Under the pieces are notes generated by a model. That model was not told the origin of the DNA. It saw only the letters and a program-made list of their open reading frames with translations, and made no database searches. From contig CAVVYZ010000005.1 of assembly GCA_963752595.1 (NCBI GenBank), positions 192,001 through 256,000 of the forward strand: a DNA stretch of 64,000 bases, read 5' to 3'. Below, one piece after another: positions 61,573 through 64,000 of the stretch. Origin of the DNA: an uncultured delta proteobacterium (lineage in GTDB: Bacteria > Desulfobacterota > Desulfomonilia > UBA1062). The stretch's first letter is position 1; each line of letters begins with the position of its first letter. A program made the translations under genes and the position numbers.

Positions 61573-62251
61573 AACCGCGGTTCTGGTGGAAGGGCTCACA
61601 AAATCCTTTACCAGAGGTCCTGCACATATCGACGTACTCAAGGGGATCAACCTGGAAGCATGGACAGGTGAAGGGATCGCCATCTTAGGAGCTTCAGGAA
61701 CGGGCAAGAGTACCCTGCTCCATCTCCTCGGAGGCCTGGAGCGCCCTGACGGGGGCAGGATTTTTTTTGAAGACAAAGATATCTGCCGCATGAACGACAG
61801 AGAAATTGCATCCTTCCGGAATACCCGGATCGGGTTCGTTTTCCAGTTTCACTTTCTCCTTCCCGAGTTCACTGCACTGGAAAACGTCATGGTGCCTGCA
61901 CTCATTCATTCGAAGAAAGACGACTCCATTCACGCAAGGGCGATGGAGCTTCTTTCGGCCGTGGGATTGAAAGAGCGGGTCGAGCATAAGCCGGGTGAGC
62001 TTTCCGGCGGCGAACAGCAGAGGGTGGCCATTGCCCGTGCGCTGATGATGTCACCGCAAGTGCTCCTGGCCGACGAGCCGACCGGAGATCTCGATCCCGG
62101 CACAGGCAGCCATGTGATACATCTTCTCTCGGATCTGAAATCGTCCATGGGAGTAACCATGATCGTAGCAACGCACAATATGGATCTTGCCCGGGCCATG
62201 GACAGGGTCCTGGTTCTCAAGGGAGGACATCTTGAACCCCATACGTTGTAA
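61562..62251 (+). CDS. lolD: Lipoprotein-releasing ABC ATPase LolD
   Basis: [32 protein letters not shown]. Confidence 0.92.
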   Translation: MKDKTAVLVEGLTKSFTRGPAHIDVLKGINLEAWTGEGIAILGASGTGKSTLLHLLGGLERPDGGRIFFEDKDICRMNDREIASFRNTRIGFVFQFHFLLPEFTALENVMVPALIHSKKDDSIHARAMELLSAVGLKERVEHKPGELSGGEQQRVAIARALMMSPQVLLADEPTGDLDPGTGSHVIHLLSDLKSSMGVTMIVATHNMDLARAMDRVLVLKGGHLEPHTL

Positions 62252-64000
62252 AGTTCTCTTATTGTTCGTCCTTTTCCTTGGATTACCTATGACCACCTTT
62301 TCAGCGGATCTCATAATGAAGACCTCATCGGACAAGATTGCGGGGTACGTTTCGGATGTCCCCTGCATTTCCCTCAAAGATACCGCTTCCGTCGAGGTAT
62401 CCCTTGAAGAATCCGACGGCCTGTTCCGTGTGTTCGATTCCTCGGGTGTGACCTACAGCGCTTCATCCTTTCAGGAGGCTTTTGACGGTTATTTGAGGCT
62501 GCGGAACACGTGTGTAATCCAGGAGATCAAAGTCATCGGCCACAACCGGATCAGCCCCGAAGCGATCCGTTTCAGGATCAAAAGCGTTCCCGGAAATATC
62601 CTGCACAAGCAGGCGATCCGCAAGGACATCGAAGAAATTTATTCCATGGGCTATTTCGAAACGGTGGACGCTTCTTCCGAGAACGGCATCCTGACGTTTA
62701 CGGTAAAAGAATATCCGGTCATCGTATCCATCGACGTGCAGGGAAATACCGAGATCAAGAGCGAGGATATCCTCAAATCGATCAGCATGAAAAAATTCGA
62801 TATCCTCAATACCAAGACCCTCAAGACGAGCATCGACCGTATCAAGTCCCAGTATCGTGATGAGGGATTCTATAATGTGGATGTGGATTCCTCCACAAAG
62901 CCGACCGAGGGAGGCATCGCGCTGACCTTCACCGTGAAGGAGAATAACAAGCTGTATATAAAAAAGCTGACCTTCGACGGGAACGAGCATATCTCCGACA
63001 GCAAGATCAACGGAACCTTGGGGTTTGGGGGTATTCTTGAAACAAAGAACCGCTGGTGGTGGGGGATGTTCGGCCATAACGGCTCCTTCCAGGAAGAAAC
63101 AATGGATACAGACCTCCTCCGGATCGAGCAGCTCTATGGAGACGAGGGCTACATCAAGGCCCGCGCAGGGAGGCCCATCGTCGATATCAAGGAGGACAAG
63201 GGAATCTACATCACTATCCCCATTGATGAAGGGCCCTTGTTCTATGTCGGGTCCCTCGATGTGCAGGGAGACCTGATCAAGCCGAAGGAAGAGCTCATGC
63301 AGGTACTGGGGATCAAGCCCGGCGACATATTACGCAAGAGTATGATCCACAAATCTGTGGAAGATATCAGAAACATATACATGGACAAAGGATTTGCCTA
63401 TGCACAGGTAAAGCCTGACATGACGGAAGGAGAAGGCAACACCTTCAACATAACCTTCCAGATTAAAAAAGGCGAGCCGGTCCATATCGATACCATCCAT
63501 ATCCGGGGCAATACCAAGACCAGGGATAAAGTCATCAGGCGGGAGTTGAAGGTAGACGAAGGTGACCTCTTCTCTTCTACAGCCATCAAGGAGAGCAAAG
63601 ACAATCTGAACCGCCTGGGGTATTTTACGAATGTCAACCTGGAGACGATCCCCAAGGACAAGGATACCATGTCCATGCTGGTGGATGTGGACGAAACGAC
63701 CACCGGCGCCTTTTCCTTCGGGTTTGCTTATTCGAGCGTGGACAGGCTCATGGGAACCATGCAGCTGAGCGAAAACAACCTCTTCGGATACGGGGTAAAG
63801 ACCAAGCTCAATCTCGAATACGGAGGCAGCAGGAAGAGTTATTCCCTTGATTTCGAGGAGCCATGGCTGTTCGATCATCACGTGTCGCTCGGCTTCGGCG
63901 TCTTCAACATGGAGCGGGAGTATACCTATTATACAAAGGATTCACGGGGTGCCAACATCCGGCTCAGCTATCCCCTCTTTGAAAATGTACGGCACTCCAT
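62232..64000 (+). CDS. bamA: Outer membrane assembly factor BamA (3' partial)
   Basis: Read manually; absent from the ORF track because it has no stop in the window. GGAGG RBS, TTG start, signal peptide, POTRA motif [14 protein letters not shown], barrel start ENNLFG. Confidence 0.92.
   Translation, partial: MNPIRCKVLLLFVLFLGLPMTTFSADLIMKTSSDKIAGYVSDVPCISLKDTASVEVSLEESDGLFRVFDSSGVTYSASSFQEAFDGYLRLRNTCVIQEIKVIGHNRISPEAIRFRIKSVPGNILHKQAIRKDIEEIYSMGYFETVDASSENGILTFTVKEYPVIVSIDVQGNTEIKSEDILKSISMKKFDILNTKTLKTSIDRIKSQYRDEGFYNVDVDSSTKPTEGGIALTFTVKENNKLYIKKLTFDGNEHISDSKINGTLGFGGILETKNRWWWGMFGHNGSFQEETMDTDLLRIEQLYGDEGYIKARAGRPIVDIKEDKGIYITIPIDEGPLFYVGSLDVQGDLIKPKEELMQVLGIKPGDILRKSMIHKSVEDIRNIYMDKGFAYAQVKPDMTEGEGNTFNITFQIKKGEPVHIDTIHIRGNTKTRDKVIRRELKVDEGDLFSSTAIKESKDNLNRLGYFTNVNLETIPKDKDTMSMLVDVDETTTGAFSFGFAYSSVDRLMGTMQLSENNLFGYGVKTKLNLEYGGSRKSYSLDFEEPWLFDHHVSLGFGVFNMEREYTYYTKDSRGANIRLSYPLFENVRHS

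Overview
A 64-kb bacterial chromosome segment. Gene content and order (split atp F0 operon, ahbB beside hemL, flgFGAHIJNK-csrA, lysS-lolC/E-lolD-bamA) suggest a deltaproteobacterium (Desulfobacterota-like); this is inference. Bases 1-4.8 kb hold a GT2/LPS-kinase fusion, a small cytochrome c, a dead IS element with perfect 18-bp inverted repeats, a NusG-domain-II gene and an MBL-fold hydrolase. Bases 5.0-33.3 kb are a Wzx/Wzy-type exopolysaccharide (EPS) locus. It opens with a partner-switching pair (REC-PP2C-RsbW kinase plus a STAS protein) and closes with a PEP-CTERM/TPR/exosortase/EpsI cassette and a WecB/TagA glycosyltransferase fused to two STAS domains. Bases 33.4-64 kb are mostly housekeeping: mreBCD-mrdA-rodA, a short glmU, lon, hemL, ahbB, a glucosaminidase, atpZ-I-B-E, flagellar genes, HAD and HD-GYP proteins, lysS, lolC/E, lolD and bamA. 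The best candidate for an undescribed system is the EPS locus. Its Wzc lacks the Walker-A lysine and the tyrosine cluster, and no sigma factor, Wzb or Wza is encoded in it. The terminal glycosyltransferase carries the same FIDSAG phospho-acceptor motif as the free STAS protein, which suggests direct serine-phosphorylation control of polymer synthesis. Sigma28-like promoters hint at coupling to FlgM. Four non-IS genes carry single-base frameshifts that may be assembly errors. No rRNA, tRNA or CRISPR array was seen. All calls come from reading motifs by eye; no searches were run.
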